Assembly (NCBI RefSeq): GCF_963921235.1
Contig: NC_086097.1
Coordinates: 24,306,001-24,370,000 of the forward strand
Origin: Mobula hypostoma
Lineage: Eukaryota
Length of the DNA: 64,000 nt
Direction: 5' to 3'
The position numbers and the translations under genes are program-made. A model generated the notes under the pieces. That model was given only the letters and a program-made list of their open reading frames with translations. It ran no database searches and had not been told where the DNA came from. Numbering within the stretch: the stretch's first letter is position 1; each line of letters opens with the position of its first letter. Below, in pieces: positions 12,470-23,914 of this stretch.

Positions 12470-12873
12470 CTACATTCCCTCCCCCTCCTGTCTTCTCCTA
12501 TCAGTTTGGATCTCCCCCTCCCCCTCCCACTTTCAAATCTCTTACTAACTCTTCCTTTAGTTAGTCCTGACGAAGGGTCTCGGCCTGAAACGTCGACTGT
12601 ACCTCTTCCTAGAGATGCTGCCTGGCCTGCTGCGTTCACCAGCGACTTTGATGTGTGTTGCTCCACCAATCACCTGCCCGCTTGTACTCCTTCCCCTCCC
12701 TACCATCTTATTCTGTATTCTTCCCCCTTCCTTTCCAGTCCTGAGGAAGGGTCTCGGCCCAAAACATCACCCGCTTGTTCCTTTCGATAGATGCTGCCTG
12801 ACCCACTCAGTTCCTTCAGCATTTTGTGTGTACGCCGCTCTGGATTTCCAGCATCTACAGAATCTCTTGTGTT
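12470..12873 (+). mobile_element. Two tandem Penelope pseudo-LTR units, each with a hammerhead motif
   Basis: Pyrimidine-rich leader + CTGACGAAGGGTCTCGGCCTGAAACGTCGAC (12567) and a second leader + CTGAGGAAGGGTCTCGGCCCAAAAC (12741), each followed by the AGATGCTGCCTG..CAGC..TGTGTG tail. Confidence 0.8.
12562..12599 (+). ncRNA. Minimal type-I hammerhead ribozyme motif (core intact, GUC triplet)
   Basis: UAGUC CUGACGA A GGGU CUCG GCCU GAAA CG UC GACUG. Confidence 0.78.
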
Positions 12874-13429
12874 TAAGGCTTTCCAGGAAACCATGTTGCT
12901 CACCAGTGTGCATTTATCTTCCAGTCGAGGTGGCTCTGACAACTTATTATTAAGAAATAAAGCCAGCAGTATGATTTATGTCCAAGTGTAGGACAGACTC
13001 TCAAACAGCCACAGAGGTTCGTTTCAAATCAAAAACAGGTTTAGGATGTAAATTTGCATCGTGCCTGAAGTAGGGAGTCCTCGTATATTGCGCTTAATAA
13101 GAACTTACTCGTATAAGTGACAGGAAGATGTACATTTCCATAGCTGCTATTACAGAAAGCTAACAAAATAACGGTCTGAATGTTTTAGTATGCGGTGTGC
13201 TGTGCTCAAATTTGGGCAATGCTGAAAAGCAAAACAGCAACAGCATGCTTTTGTAGAGCACCATGAACTTGACAAAGTGTTCCCAGTTCCTTCTGAGTAC
13301 TATCAAACCAGAGTGAAACCAAGGAGAAATGAGGGCAGAATATCAAAGGCCCGGTGACAGAGTTAGGTTTGAAGGAGGAAGGAGGTGATTAGATTTGGGG
13401 CCTTACAAGGGTGTGGAATTAGAGGAATG

Positions 13430-13740
13430 GTTCGCTTTATCTGTCACATTTACATCCAAACATCAAGACATACAGTGAAATGTATTATTTCCGTCAATGA
13501 CCGACACAGGCGGAGGATGTGCTGTGGGTAGCTCCGAGGTGTTGCCATGCTTCTGGCACTAACGTAGTACGCCCACAACGTACTGACCTGCGTGTCTTTG
13601 GAATGTAGAAATTGGAGCACCTAGAGGAACCCCGCACAGTCACAGAGATAATGCACAAAATTTCTTAAATACAGGGTCAGAAATTGAACCCTGATCGCTA
13701 GCACTGTAAAGCATTATGCTAACCGCTACACCACCGCACT
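13430..13740 (-). mobile_element. tRNA-derived SINE
   Basis: Reverse complement begins GCGGTGGTGTAGCGGTTAGC (A box) ..CAGGGTTCAATTTC (B-box-like). Confidence 0.7.
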
Positions 13741-13774
13741 CTCCAAGAAACAGGGACACCTCATTGGAATATCA

Positions 13775-13991
13775 TAAACGCCAGAGATTCTGCAGATGCT
13801 GGAAAACTTGAGCAACACACACAAAATGCTGGAGGAACTCAGCAGGCCAGGCTGCATCTGTGGAGGGGAATAAACCGTGGACATTTTGTGCCGAGACCCT
13901 TCATTAGGACACGGCCTGAAACGTCGACTGTGTATTCCCTCCATAGATACTACCTTACCTGCTGAGTTCCTGCAGCATTTTGTATGTTGTT
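13775..13991. mobile_element. Inverted-pair (palindromic) Penelope pseudo-LTR element
   Basis: CACAAAATGCTGGAGGAACTCAGCAGG arm and reverse-complement arm CCTGCTGAGTTCCTGCAGCATTTTGTATG; hammerhead remnants at the centre. Confidence 0.8.
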
Positions 13992-14649
13992 CGAAGGATT
14001 ATCAGGTTGGTGAAGTCCGAAGACTGGGGGAAACATGACCGTGAAGAGATTTGAAAAGCAAGGAGTATTTTTAATTTCTTAATTGCTTCACTAGAAGCCA
14101 ACAGGCACAGAGGAGGTGGGGGAGCCAAACCTATGTGTGAGGGCATGAGCAGCAATGCCGGGCGTAGATATAAAATAGGTTAATAAAATAAGAACATATT
14201 TTCCCATTATCCAGTCACAGAGAATCCGGATGGGACTTGGCCCGAAGAATGCTCTTTGAGAAATGAGAATTCTCATCCCAGGCATCAGCTGTCCTAGATT
14301 CCTCCAGCTTCGCGTGTGAGCTTCGGTAGAAAGTAGGAAGGAAATGTTAGCAGCAGAGGAATCATATTCCCTGGTGCCTGCTAAGCTGGCTGAACTCATT
14401 CAGTGGGTCAGTGGAGGCCTGCAATTGGCCTTTACGTCTTCCACACTTGCTGGGAGAAAGGAGACAATGCTGTGGATAAAGTAATTGAAGAGACTACCCT
14501 TCCCCCGCTACCCATCCTCCTTAAAGCAAACCTACAGATGCAAAACCAGACAGGACGAGCACAGTGTCCTTGGCAATAGTGTAATTCTAGTCTCTGTATC
14601 AATGAATTAAGCTTCATCTGAAAGAGGATACCATCACTTAACCACAGCA

Positions 14650-14766
14650 CATATGCATGTATGAGTGTGGGTGTATTGTGTGTGCCTGCGGGAGAGAGTG
14701 TCTATGCATGAGGGAGTATCAGAATCAGGTTTAATATCACCAGGAGAGTGAGAGTGTGAGAGAGAG

Positions 14767-14801
<35 letters not shown>
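14650..14801. repeat. (TG)n/(AG)n microsatellite, left part
   Basis: Direct reading; continues at 15366-15397 and 17180-17405. Confidence 0.9.
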
Positions 14802-14803
<2 letters not shown>

Positions 14804-15364
14804 GGGTTGCCAACTTTCTCACTCCCAAATAAGGGACAAAAGTAGCAGTCAAATACAGGACATTTGTGTTTACCCCGAGAAAGACTACCATGACCATGAA
14901 GCCTTGCGCGGGCACCTGTGTGCCCGTACGTGATGTGCGCGTACGTGATGTGCGCATACATGATGTGCACATGCGTGTACGTGCCGATTTTTTCCTACAA
15001 ATCGGTTTTGGCTTAATCTTCCTGATTCTGATACACTGTACATACATTATTTCTACTTTATATAGGCTGTGTATTTATCATATCATTCCTACTTTTACTA
15101 TATGTTAGTGTTATTTTAGGTTTTATGTGTTATTGGTATGATTTGGTAGGTTATTTTTTGGGTCTGGGAACGCTCAAACATTTTTCCCATATAAATTAAT
15201 GGAAATTGCTTCTTAGCTTTACGTCATTTCCGCTTACGAACACTTTCATAGGAACGCTCTACCTTAGCGGGGGAAATACAGGACAAGGGCGGTCCTGTAT
15301 GGGACAAACCAATTTAGCCCAATATGCGGGATGTCCCAGCTAATACAGGACAGCTGGCAACCCT

Positions 15365-15365
<1 letters not shown>
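14802..15365. mobile_element. hAT-type non-autonomous transposon (MITE), 564 bp
   Basis: TIRs TAGGGTTGCCA / TGGCAACCCTA; GTGTGTGT on both flanks, consistent with an 8-bp TSD; subterminal ATACAGGACA/GGGACA repeats. Confidence 0.88.
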
Positions 15366-15397
<32 letters not shown>

Positions 15398-15399
15398 CT

Positions 15400-17178
15400 G
15401 TATGACAGACTACGAGACTATGCTCAAAAATTCAGGAACAACTGTCCAATCTCTTACATACGTGACTGGACATCCAGGGCGTTGCTGACTATGCAAGGAA
15501 ATACAGCATCGACTGTAGCAGTGATGCCTCCTTCCCTGACGCTGTGAACAATCTATATGCATGCGTTAAGGCATGCAGCACAACGCCAGGTGGGCGGCCA
15601 CTGTCTGTAACAGCAGCGGACATGAGAAGGGCTCTACAGAGAGTCATCTCCCGGGAGGCGGCTGGGCCAGACAACATCCCTAACTGAGTGCCCAGGAGAT
15701 GTGCATACCAGCTCACTGATGTCTTCACGGACATCTTCAACAGTTCACTCATCCAGGTTGATGTCCCCACTTGCTTCAAATCAGCTTCCGTCATCCCTGT
15801 ACCAAAGAACACTGCACCTTCAGAACTAAATGACTATCACCCAGTGACACTGACACCAATTATCATGATGTGTTTTTAAAGGGCTGGTAATGGTATATAT
15901 CAAAAATCCATTCATGCCACATTGAACACGCACCAATATGCTTGCAGGCAGAACCAACCTACGACGTATGTCATAGCATCGGTCATAGAGCAGTTCCGTC
16001 TGTCCATACATCTGTCACTCACCTGACCCTGACACACCTGGAAAGCGAGGACACTTCTGTCAGAACGCTGTTTCTGGCTTTCCATTCAGCCCTCAACACT
16101 ATTGTCCCACAGACCGTGGTGAGCAAGCTCCCGCTCGGTCTGAATGCACCACTGTGCAACCGGGCGTTGCATTTCCTAATGAACAGACCTCAGGTAGTCA
16201 GGATGCACGACCGCTCCTCCCTCCTCATCATCCTCATTACGGGAGCCTCTGAGGGCTCCGGGCTGAGCCCACTGCTGTACACTCCACTTACATATGACTG
16301 CACGGACAAGCACCCAAAAATCACATCATCAAGTTCGCCGATGACACGACAGAATAATGGTGGCTCATCATCAACAATGATGGAAGATGGAAGAGCTCGA
16401 GGTCTGGTGCCAGGCAAATAACTTCTTCCTCAGTGTTAACAAGACAAAGGAGATGGCTATTGGCTTCTGGAGAACTCGCACTACCCACGCCTCCCTTTAC
16501 ATTGGCACCACAGCAGTGGAAAGTACAAGTAGTTTCAAACTCCTGGGAGTGCACGTCACACACAACCTCTGTTTTCTGAGGAGACTGAAGAGAGCTGGAG
16601 TTTGCACATCCATACTCACGGCATTCTGCAGATGCTCAGTAGAGAGCATCCTTACAAGCTGCATCAGTGCATGGAGAGAAAACTGCACTGTGGCGTTCAG
16701 GAGAGCTCTACAACAGGTAGTCAAAATTGCCTAGCACATCAGTGGCACCAGCCTACCTGCTATCAAGGTGCCAGAAAAGGGCTAGTAATATCATGAAGGA
16801 TCCCACCCACCCTGCTCATGGACTGCTTGTTCCACTCCCATCAAGGAGGAAGCAACGTCGCATCCATGAAGGATCATCTGACTCAAAAACAGTTACTTTC
16901 CCCAAGCAATTAGAAGCAACAACTCCACTCACTCCACCACGACTTTACTATTTCCTGTCAGTCACCTTATGTATCGCCTAGTGTTACGCTATTGACATAC
17001 AGTTAATCTAGGTCTGTCAGCTATATTATGTATTTCTATTTATCGTGTTTTTATTATTATTCTGTTCTTAATCTTATTGTGGGGTTTTTTTGCACTGCAT
17101 CGGATCTAGGGTAACAATTATTTTGTTCTCCTTTACATTTGTGTGCAGCGAATAACATCAAACACTCTTGAACCTTGA
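15400..17178 (+). mobile_element. Rex1/Babar LINE, 5'-truncated, degraded RT
   Basis: [87 protein letters not shown] tail. Confidence 0.9.
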
Positions 17179-17179
17179 C

Positions 17180-17181
17180 TG

Positions 17182-17239
<58 letters not shown>

Positions 17240-17405
17240 GAGTGTGGAAGTGTGTGTACACGTTTGTGTACTCATGAATCTGGGTATGTGTGTGTAGGTT
17301 GTGTGTGCGCATGTGCATATGTGTGTTTGTGTGTATTAGTGTACGTGTGCATGTTTGTGTCTGTGAAAGAAAGAGAATGAGAGTGAGAAGAGTATGTGAG
17401 TGCAA
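17180..17405. repeat. (TG)n microsatellite, degenerate toward the right
   Basis: Direct reading. Confidence 0.9.
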
Positions 17406-17795
17406 ATGTATGGGAAGAGGGATGTTAACAGGGTCATATTATTAACAAAGCTTGACACAAATCCTCTGAGAGCTGTGTATTTCTCTTACTGTCCATCCTT
17501 CTCATTGTTCGGCTTTGAATGTAACAACTCCACCATTGTCAAGCAGTGGATTTGATTCAAGGTAATAGACAGGAATTCACGGGGAAGGTTTGGACCATCT
17601 TATCAACAAGACAGTTATCAAATTATTATCACATCATGAAGCTAGAATGAGACAAAAGCCAGGTTTAAATTGCAGAGAGAAAGGAACATTTATTTCATGC
17701 AGGTGAACTCCCCACCCAGCTTTGCCATTATGAAATCCATGCAGCATCAACATTCTGAGGGTCACCACTGACCAGAAACCCAACCAAACTAGCTA

Positions 17796-18188
17796 CATTA
17801 ATGCTAGAGGAACTCGGCACCTCAGACAGCATCTATGGAGGAAAATGGACAGTCCACGTTTCAGGCTGAGACTGGAAAGGAAGGGGTCAGAAACCAGAAT
17901 AAGAAGATGGGGAAGGGAGAGGATAAGCTTCACATGCCAGCTTGTTCTCCTCCTCTCCCTCTTCCACTTATCACTTCCCAGCTTCTCACTTCGTACCCCC
18001 ATCCCTCACCCATCCACCTTCCCCCTCCCCTCACCATGCTTATGCCTCCTTCTTTTACAGTCCTGATGAAGGGTCTCGGTCCAAAACATTGACTGTTTAT
18101 TCCTGTCCATAGTTGCTGTCTGACTTGCTGAGTTCCTCCAGCATTGTCTGTATTGTTCAAGAGTTCCAGCATCTGCAGAATCTTTTGT
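17796..18188. mobile_element. Inverted-pair Penelope pseudo-LTR element with decayed hammerhead (18058-18095)
   Basis: CAGTCCTGATGAAGGGTCTCGGTCCAAAACATTGACTG; inverted arm at 17800-17930. Confidence 0.8.
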
Positions 18189-18281
18189 CAAGTCAAGTCA
18201 AGTCAAGTCGCTTTTTATTGTCATTTTGACCATGAACTGCTGGTACAGTACACAGTAAAAGCGAAACAACGTTTAAGTATA

Positions 18282-20696
18282 ACATTACAAGTATAACATA
18301 GCAAAGACGAGTGGGAAGCCGGAGGATTGAGAAACTTTTAAAGAGCAACAGAAGATAACTAAAAAGGCAATACACGGAGAAAAAATGAGGTAGGAAGGTA
18401 AACTAGCCAAGAATATAAAGGAGGATAGTAAAAGCTTCTTTAGGTATGTGAAAAGGAAAAAAATAGTTAAGACCAAAACTGAGCCCTTGAAGACAGAAGC
18501 GGATGAATTTATTATGGGGAGCAAGGAAATGGCAGACGAGTTGAATAGGTACTTTGGATCTGTCTTCACTAGGGAAGACCCAAGCAATCTCCCAGATGTA
18601 ATAGTGGCCAAAGGACCTAGGGTAATGGATGAATTGAAGGAAATTTATATTAGGCAGGAAATGGTGTTGGATAGGCTGTTGGGTCTGAAGGCTGATAAGC
18701 TCCCGGGATCTGATGGTCTGCATCCCAGCGTAGTAAGGAGGTGGCTTTAGAAATTGTGGACGCATTGGTAATCATTTTCCAATGTTCTATAGATTCAGGA
18801 TCAGTTCCTGTGGATTGGAGGGTGGCTAATGTTGTCCCTCTCTTCAAGAAGGGAGGAAGAGAGAAAACAGGGAATTATACACCGGTTAGCCTGACGTCGG
18901 TGGTGGGAAACATAGAAAATAGGTGCAGGAGTAGGCCATTCGGCCCTTCGAGCCTGCACCGCCATTTATTATGATCATGGCTGATCATCCAACTCAGAAC
19001 CCCGCCCCAGCCTTCCCTCCATACCCCCTGACCCCCGTAGCCACAAGGGCCATATCTAACTCCCTCTTAAATATAGCCAATGGACTGGCCTCAACAGTTT
19101 CGTGTGGCAGAGAATTCCACAGATTCACCACTCTCTGTGTGAAGAAGTTTTTCCTCATCTCGGTCCTAAAAGGCTTCCCCTCTATCCTCAAACTGTGACC
19201 CCTCATTCTGGACTTCCCCAACATCGGGAACAATCTTCCTGCATCTAGCCTGTCCAATCCTTTTAGGATCTTATACGTTTCAATCAGATCTCCCCTCAAT
19301 CTTCTAAATTCCAACGAGTACAAGCCCAGTTCACCCAGTCTTTCTTCATATGAAAGTCCTGCCATCCCAGGAATCAATCTGGTGAACCTTCTTTGTACTC
19401 CCTCTATGGCAAAGATGTCTTTCCTCAGATTAGGGGACCAAAACTGCACACAATACTCCAAGTGTGGTCTCACCAAGGCCTTGTACAACTGCAGTAGTAC
19501 CTCCCTGCTCCTGTACTCGAATCCTCTCGCTATAAATGCCAGCATACCATTCGCCTTTTTCACCGCCTGCTGTACCTGCATGCCCACTTTCAATGACTGG
19601 TGTATAATGACACCCAGGTCTCGTTGCACCTCCCCTTTTCCTAATCGGCCACCATTCAGATAATAATCTGTTTTCCTATTTTTGCCACCAAAGTGGATAA
19701 CTTCACATTTATCCACATTAAATTGCATCTGCCATGAATTTGCCCACTCACCCAACCTATCCAAGTCACCCTGCATCCTCTTAGCATCCTCCTCACTGCT
19801 AACACTGCCACCCAGCTTCGTGTCATCCGCAAACTTGGAGGTGCTGCATTTAATTCCCTCATCCAAGTCATTAATATATATTGTAAACAACTGGGGTCCC
19901 AGCACTGAGCCTTGCGGTACCCCACTAGTCACCCTGAAAGATGCTGGAGTCAATTATAAAAGATGAAATTACGACACATCTGGATAGCAGTAACAGGATT
20001 GGTCCGAGTCAGCATGGATTTACGAAGGGGAAATCATGCTTGACTAATCTTCTGGAATTTTTTGAGGATGTAACTATGAAAATGGACAAGGGAGAGCCAG
20101 TGGATGTAGTGTACCTGGACTTTCAGAAAGCCTTTGATAAAGTCCCATATAGGAGATTAGTGGGCAAAATTAGGGCACATGGTATTGGGGGCAGAGTACT
20201 GACATGGATTGAAAATTGGCTGGCTGACAGAAAACAAAGAGTAGCGATTAACGGGTCCCTTTCGGAATGGCAGGCGGTGACCAATGGGGTAGCGCAGGGT
20301 TCAGTGCTGGGACCGCAGCTGTTTACAATATATATTAATGATTTAGATGAGGGAATTAAAAGTAACATTAGCAAATTTGCTGATGACACAAAGCTGGGTG
20401 GCAGTGTGAAACGTGAGGAGGATGTTATGAGAATGCAGGGTGACTTGGACAGGTTGGGTGAGTAGGCAGATACATGGCAGAAGCAGTTTAATGTGGATAA
20501 ATATGAGGTTATCCACTTTGGTGGTAAGAACGGGAAGGCAGATTATTATCTAAATGGAGTCAAGTTAGGAAAAGGGGAAGCACAATGAGATCTAGGTGTT
20601 CTTGTGCATCAGTCACTGAAAGCAAGCATGCAAGTACAGCAGGCAGTGAAGAAAGCTAATGGCATGCTGGCCTTCATAACAAGGGGAATTGAGTAT
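18282..20696 (+). mobile_element. CR1 LINE ORF2 fragment (host), interrupted at 18910/19936
   Basis: ORFs 18448-18750, 18741-18910 (VPVDWRVANVVPLFKKG..NYTPVSLTSVVG) and 19941-20465 (QHGFTKGKSCLTNL..YLDFQKAFDKV..QGSVLGP..FADD) are colinear across the insert. Confidence 0.92.
18911..19935 (-). mobile_element. Young CR1 LINE nested antisense inside another CR1
   Basis: Uninterrupted ORF 18994-19953(-) GVPQGSVLGP..FADD..RPHLEYC..LWNSLP; CATAGAAA tail; GAAA repeated at 18907-10 and 19936-39. Confidence 0.95.
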
Positions 20697-20922
20697 TCCA
20701 ATAATACTACCAATAATTCTAATAATACTACCAATCTGCATATCTTTGTGGGAGAAAACCGGGACACCCAGGGGAACCTATGTGGTCACAAGGAGAACGT
20801 GCAAGCTCCACAAAGACAGCACCCGAGGTCAAGAGTGAATCAAAGTCTCTGGCACTACGAGGCATATTCAGATTCAGATTCATGTACTTATCACATGTAT
20901 TTTGAAACATACAGTGAAATGT

Positions 20923-22484
20923 ATGAAGCAACTGTAATAACTACAGGGGAATCTCCTTGTTGAGCATCGTTGGGAAGGTCTTCGCCTACATGGTCCTGAA
21001 CAGACTGCAGAAAATTGCCGAAAGTGTATATCCCGAGTCTCAGTGCGGTTTCAGGTCAGAACGCTCTGCAATCAACATGATCTTCTCCCTTCGACAGCTA
21101 CAAGAGAAATGCAGAGAGCAAAGACAACCACTCTGCGTCGCTTTCATTGACCTCACGAAGGCCTTCGACCTCGTGAGCAGAGATGGCCTGTTCGAAATCC
21201 TCGCCAGGATTGGTTGTCCCCCGAGGCTCCTCAGGATAGTTCAGTCATTCCACACAGACATGAAGGGCGTCATTCAGTTCGATGGCTCTTCTTCAGAGGC
21301 CTTCAACATCCTCAGCGGTGTGAAGCAGGGCTGTGTGCTTGCCCCCACCCCTGTTTGGCATCGTCTTCGCAGTCATGCTGAAGTATGCTTTGGAACATCA
21401 ACTGATGGTGTCTACCTCCACACCAGATCGAACAGGAGGCTGTTAAGTCTGTCCCGGCTGAGGGCAAAAACCAAGGTTCGTGAAGTACTCGTCAGGGACA
21501 CGTTGTTTGCAGATGACGTGGCACTGGCAACACACTCTGAAGAGCAACTACAATGCCTCACGGACAGCTTCTCAAGAGCTTGACCATCAGCCTGAAGAAG
21601 ACCAACGTGTTGGGCCAAGGCATTGAGCACCCCCCGTCATTACCATCAACAACTATGAGCTGGAGGTAGTTCACGAGTTTACATACCTTGGCTCCACCAT
21701 CATGGACAGCCTCTCCCTAGACCCTGAGATCAACAGACGGATCGGACGAGCAGCCTCAACGTTCGCCAGGCTTACAAAGAGAATCTGGGAGAATAGAAAG
21801 CTGACGACGCACACCAAAGCTGCAGTCTACAGGGCCTGTGTCCTCAGTACACTGCTTTACGGCAGCGAGACCTGGTGCCTCTACTCCATACAAGAGCGGC
21901 GTCTCAACGCTTTCCACCTTTGCAACCTGAGACGCATCCTGGACATCACGTGGATTGACCGAGTCGCCAACAATGAGGTCCTGGCCCGCGCCCAGATATC
22001 CAGCCTCTTTACCCTGCTCCAACAATGCTGTCTCCGCTGGCTGGGCCACATACACCGCATGTCAGACGGGAGGATCCCGAAAGACCTACTGTACGGGGAA
22101 CTGGCCTCCGACAAGAGAGTACAAGGGCGGCCCCATCTTCGTTTCAAAGATGTCTGCAAGAGAGACATGAAATCACTGAACATGAACGTCGAGAGGTGGG
22201 AGGATATCACAAGCAATCGCTCTCACTGGAGGCTGGAACTACGCAGAGGTCTAAAAAGAGGAGAAGAGAAGCTGAGGCTTGCTGCTGAAGAAAAGTGCAC
22301 TCGTCGGAAAAACAGCACCAGGACAACACTGGAGAACAGCGCCTTCAAGTGCAGTCGCTGCAGCCGAGACTGTCACTCCCGTGTGGGACTCTACAGCTAC
22401 AACAGACGCTGCTCTGACACAGACTGAAGCAAGACTTTCCAGGCGCAGGTCCATGGTCTCACAAGACTAACGGATGGCACCAGA
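20923..22484 (+). mobile_element. RTE-clade (BovB-like) LINE, 5'-truncated, few frameshifts
   Basis: CNNYRGISLLSIVGK..ESQCGFR..FIDLTKAFD..GVKQGCVLAP..LFADD..LRWLGH..C-terminal CxxC; ACAGTGAA(A/G)TGT TSD at 20911-22 and 22485-96, inside a SINE. Confidence 0.93.
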
Positions 22485-23914
22485 ACAGTGAAGTGTCTCA
22501 TTTGTATTAACAACTAACACAACCTAAGGATGTGCTGGGTGTGGGGTGTGGGGGGGAGCTGAAAGTGTGGACACATATTCAGGGGCCAACATAGAATGCT
22601 CACAATGTTCAGCAGAACAACACAGACATCGACAGCAACAGAACAACCTGCCTGTCGTTTTTCTCCCAACCACCTACCCACTCACACACACAGACAGTCC
22701 AACAACCCCTGCTCCAGGCTTCCAGTGGACAGGCAGACATCGTGCCTGAGATTTCCCCGGTGGACTCTCTGTGAGACCCCAGGCTTCGACCATCATGCCT
22801 TGACTTCCAGAGTTCCAATCAACCTTTGTGCTTTTATCTGCAGTATTGACCCCAGGACCCGCCCTGTACTCCAGGCCTCGAGCTCAGGACTCACTGACCT
22901 GTGTACCGTAGGGGGCAGCGGCTTGACCACCTGCCCCACTGTGCATCCCCAGTTCCTGACGTTCCCAGGTCCACGAGGCACAAGTCAGGAGCATGATGGG
23001 ATACTGTCCACTTCAAAATTCAAAGTACATTTATTATCAAAGTGCGTATGCAGTATTCAACCCTGAAATTTGTCTTCCCGCAGACAGTCATGAAACAAAG
23101 AAAACCATGGAACCAACATCAAATAGCGAACCCCCTCCCCCTGCGTGCAAACGGCAACAAAAAAAAAGACAATCAAAAGCACAGAATATAAGACACAAAA
23201 GGCATATTTCAGTCCAGTTCAGTTGCCCGTATCAGAATCAGGAATAGCTAAGAAGGTAACTCCCACCCCAGGGAAAGTACCTGCTGGATCAGCACCTGTT
23301 GTAAACCACACCCCCCTCAGTCCCTGTATAGTACACAATGACTACCATAGGTATTACTGCACAAAATCTTGCCAAAGCTTCACCACCCAAGCCCACAACC
23401 TCTGCCTCCCTAAATGAGGAGGGTGGCTGTCAGCGAGGTGAGACACCAGCTCTGAATTGCCCTTCAATCATACTCATAAGTATATTGCTGGGTCAGGATT
23501 GAGTACAGTTTGAAGTACTGTCACCACAATCATGCAGCAATTCAGTAATTGTTCTCAAGGGCAATTAGAGATGGGAAATGAATATAGACAGTGCCAGCAA
23601 CATCCATTAGCAGATTAGCTAAACTAACCAAGCACTACAGTGCTCTATTTTGGAGCCTAGTGCTTTGTACATCCTCAGTTGCTTGGAATGAAGACCCCAA
23701 ATCGATATGCTTTGTCAGTGTGCAGAATTTAATCAGTCCGGGTTGAAACACTCTTGAGACCTGATTGGTGCCCTACAACAAGATGGATTTTCATGGTACC
23801 TGTACCTCATTGTACCTGTGCATATGATAGTAAACCTGACTTGACTTGATCACAAAAATTGTCTCTGATCATCTTACTCTAAGCAGGAAAACTGTCCCTT
23901 TAAAATATAGACCG

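Noticed and set aside
13775..13991. Palindromic elements as DNA-transposon MITEs or miRNA genes
   Set aside because: Arm lengths and junctions vary per locus, and the arms also occur singly and attached to Penelope endonuclease sequence.
18994..19953. 319-aa RT ORF as a domesticated gene, retron or other prokaryote-type RT system
   Set aside because: It is a 5'-truncated CR1 ORF2 whose start codon comes from the antisense host sequence, with a typical CR1 tail.
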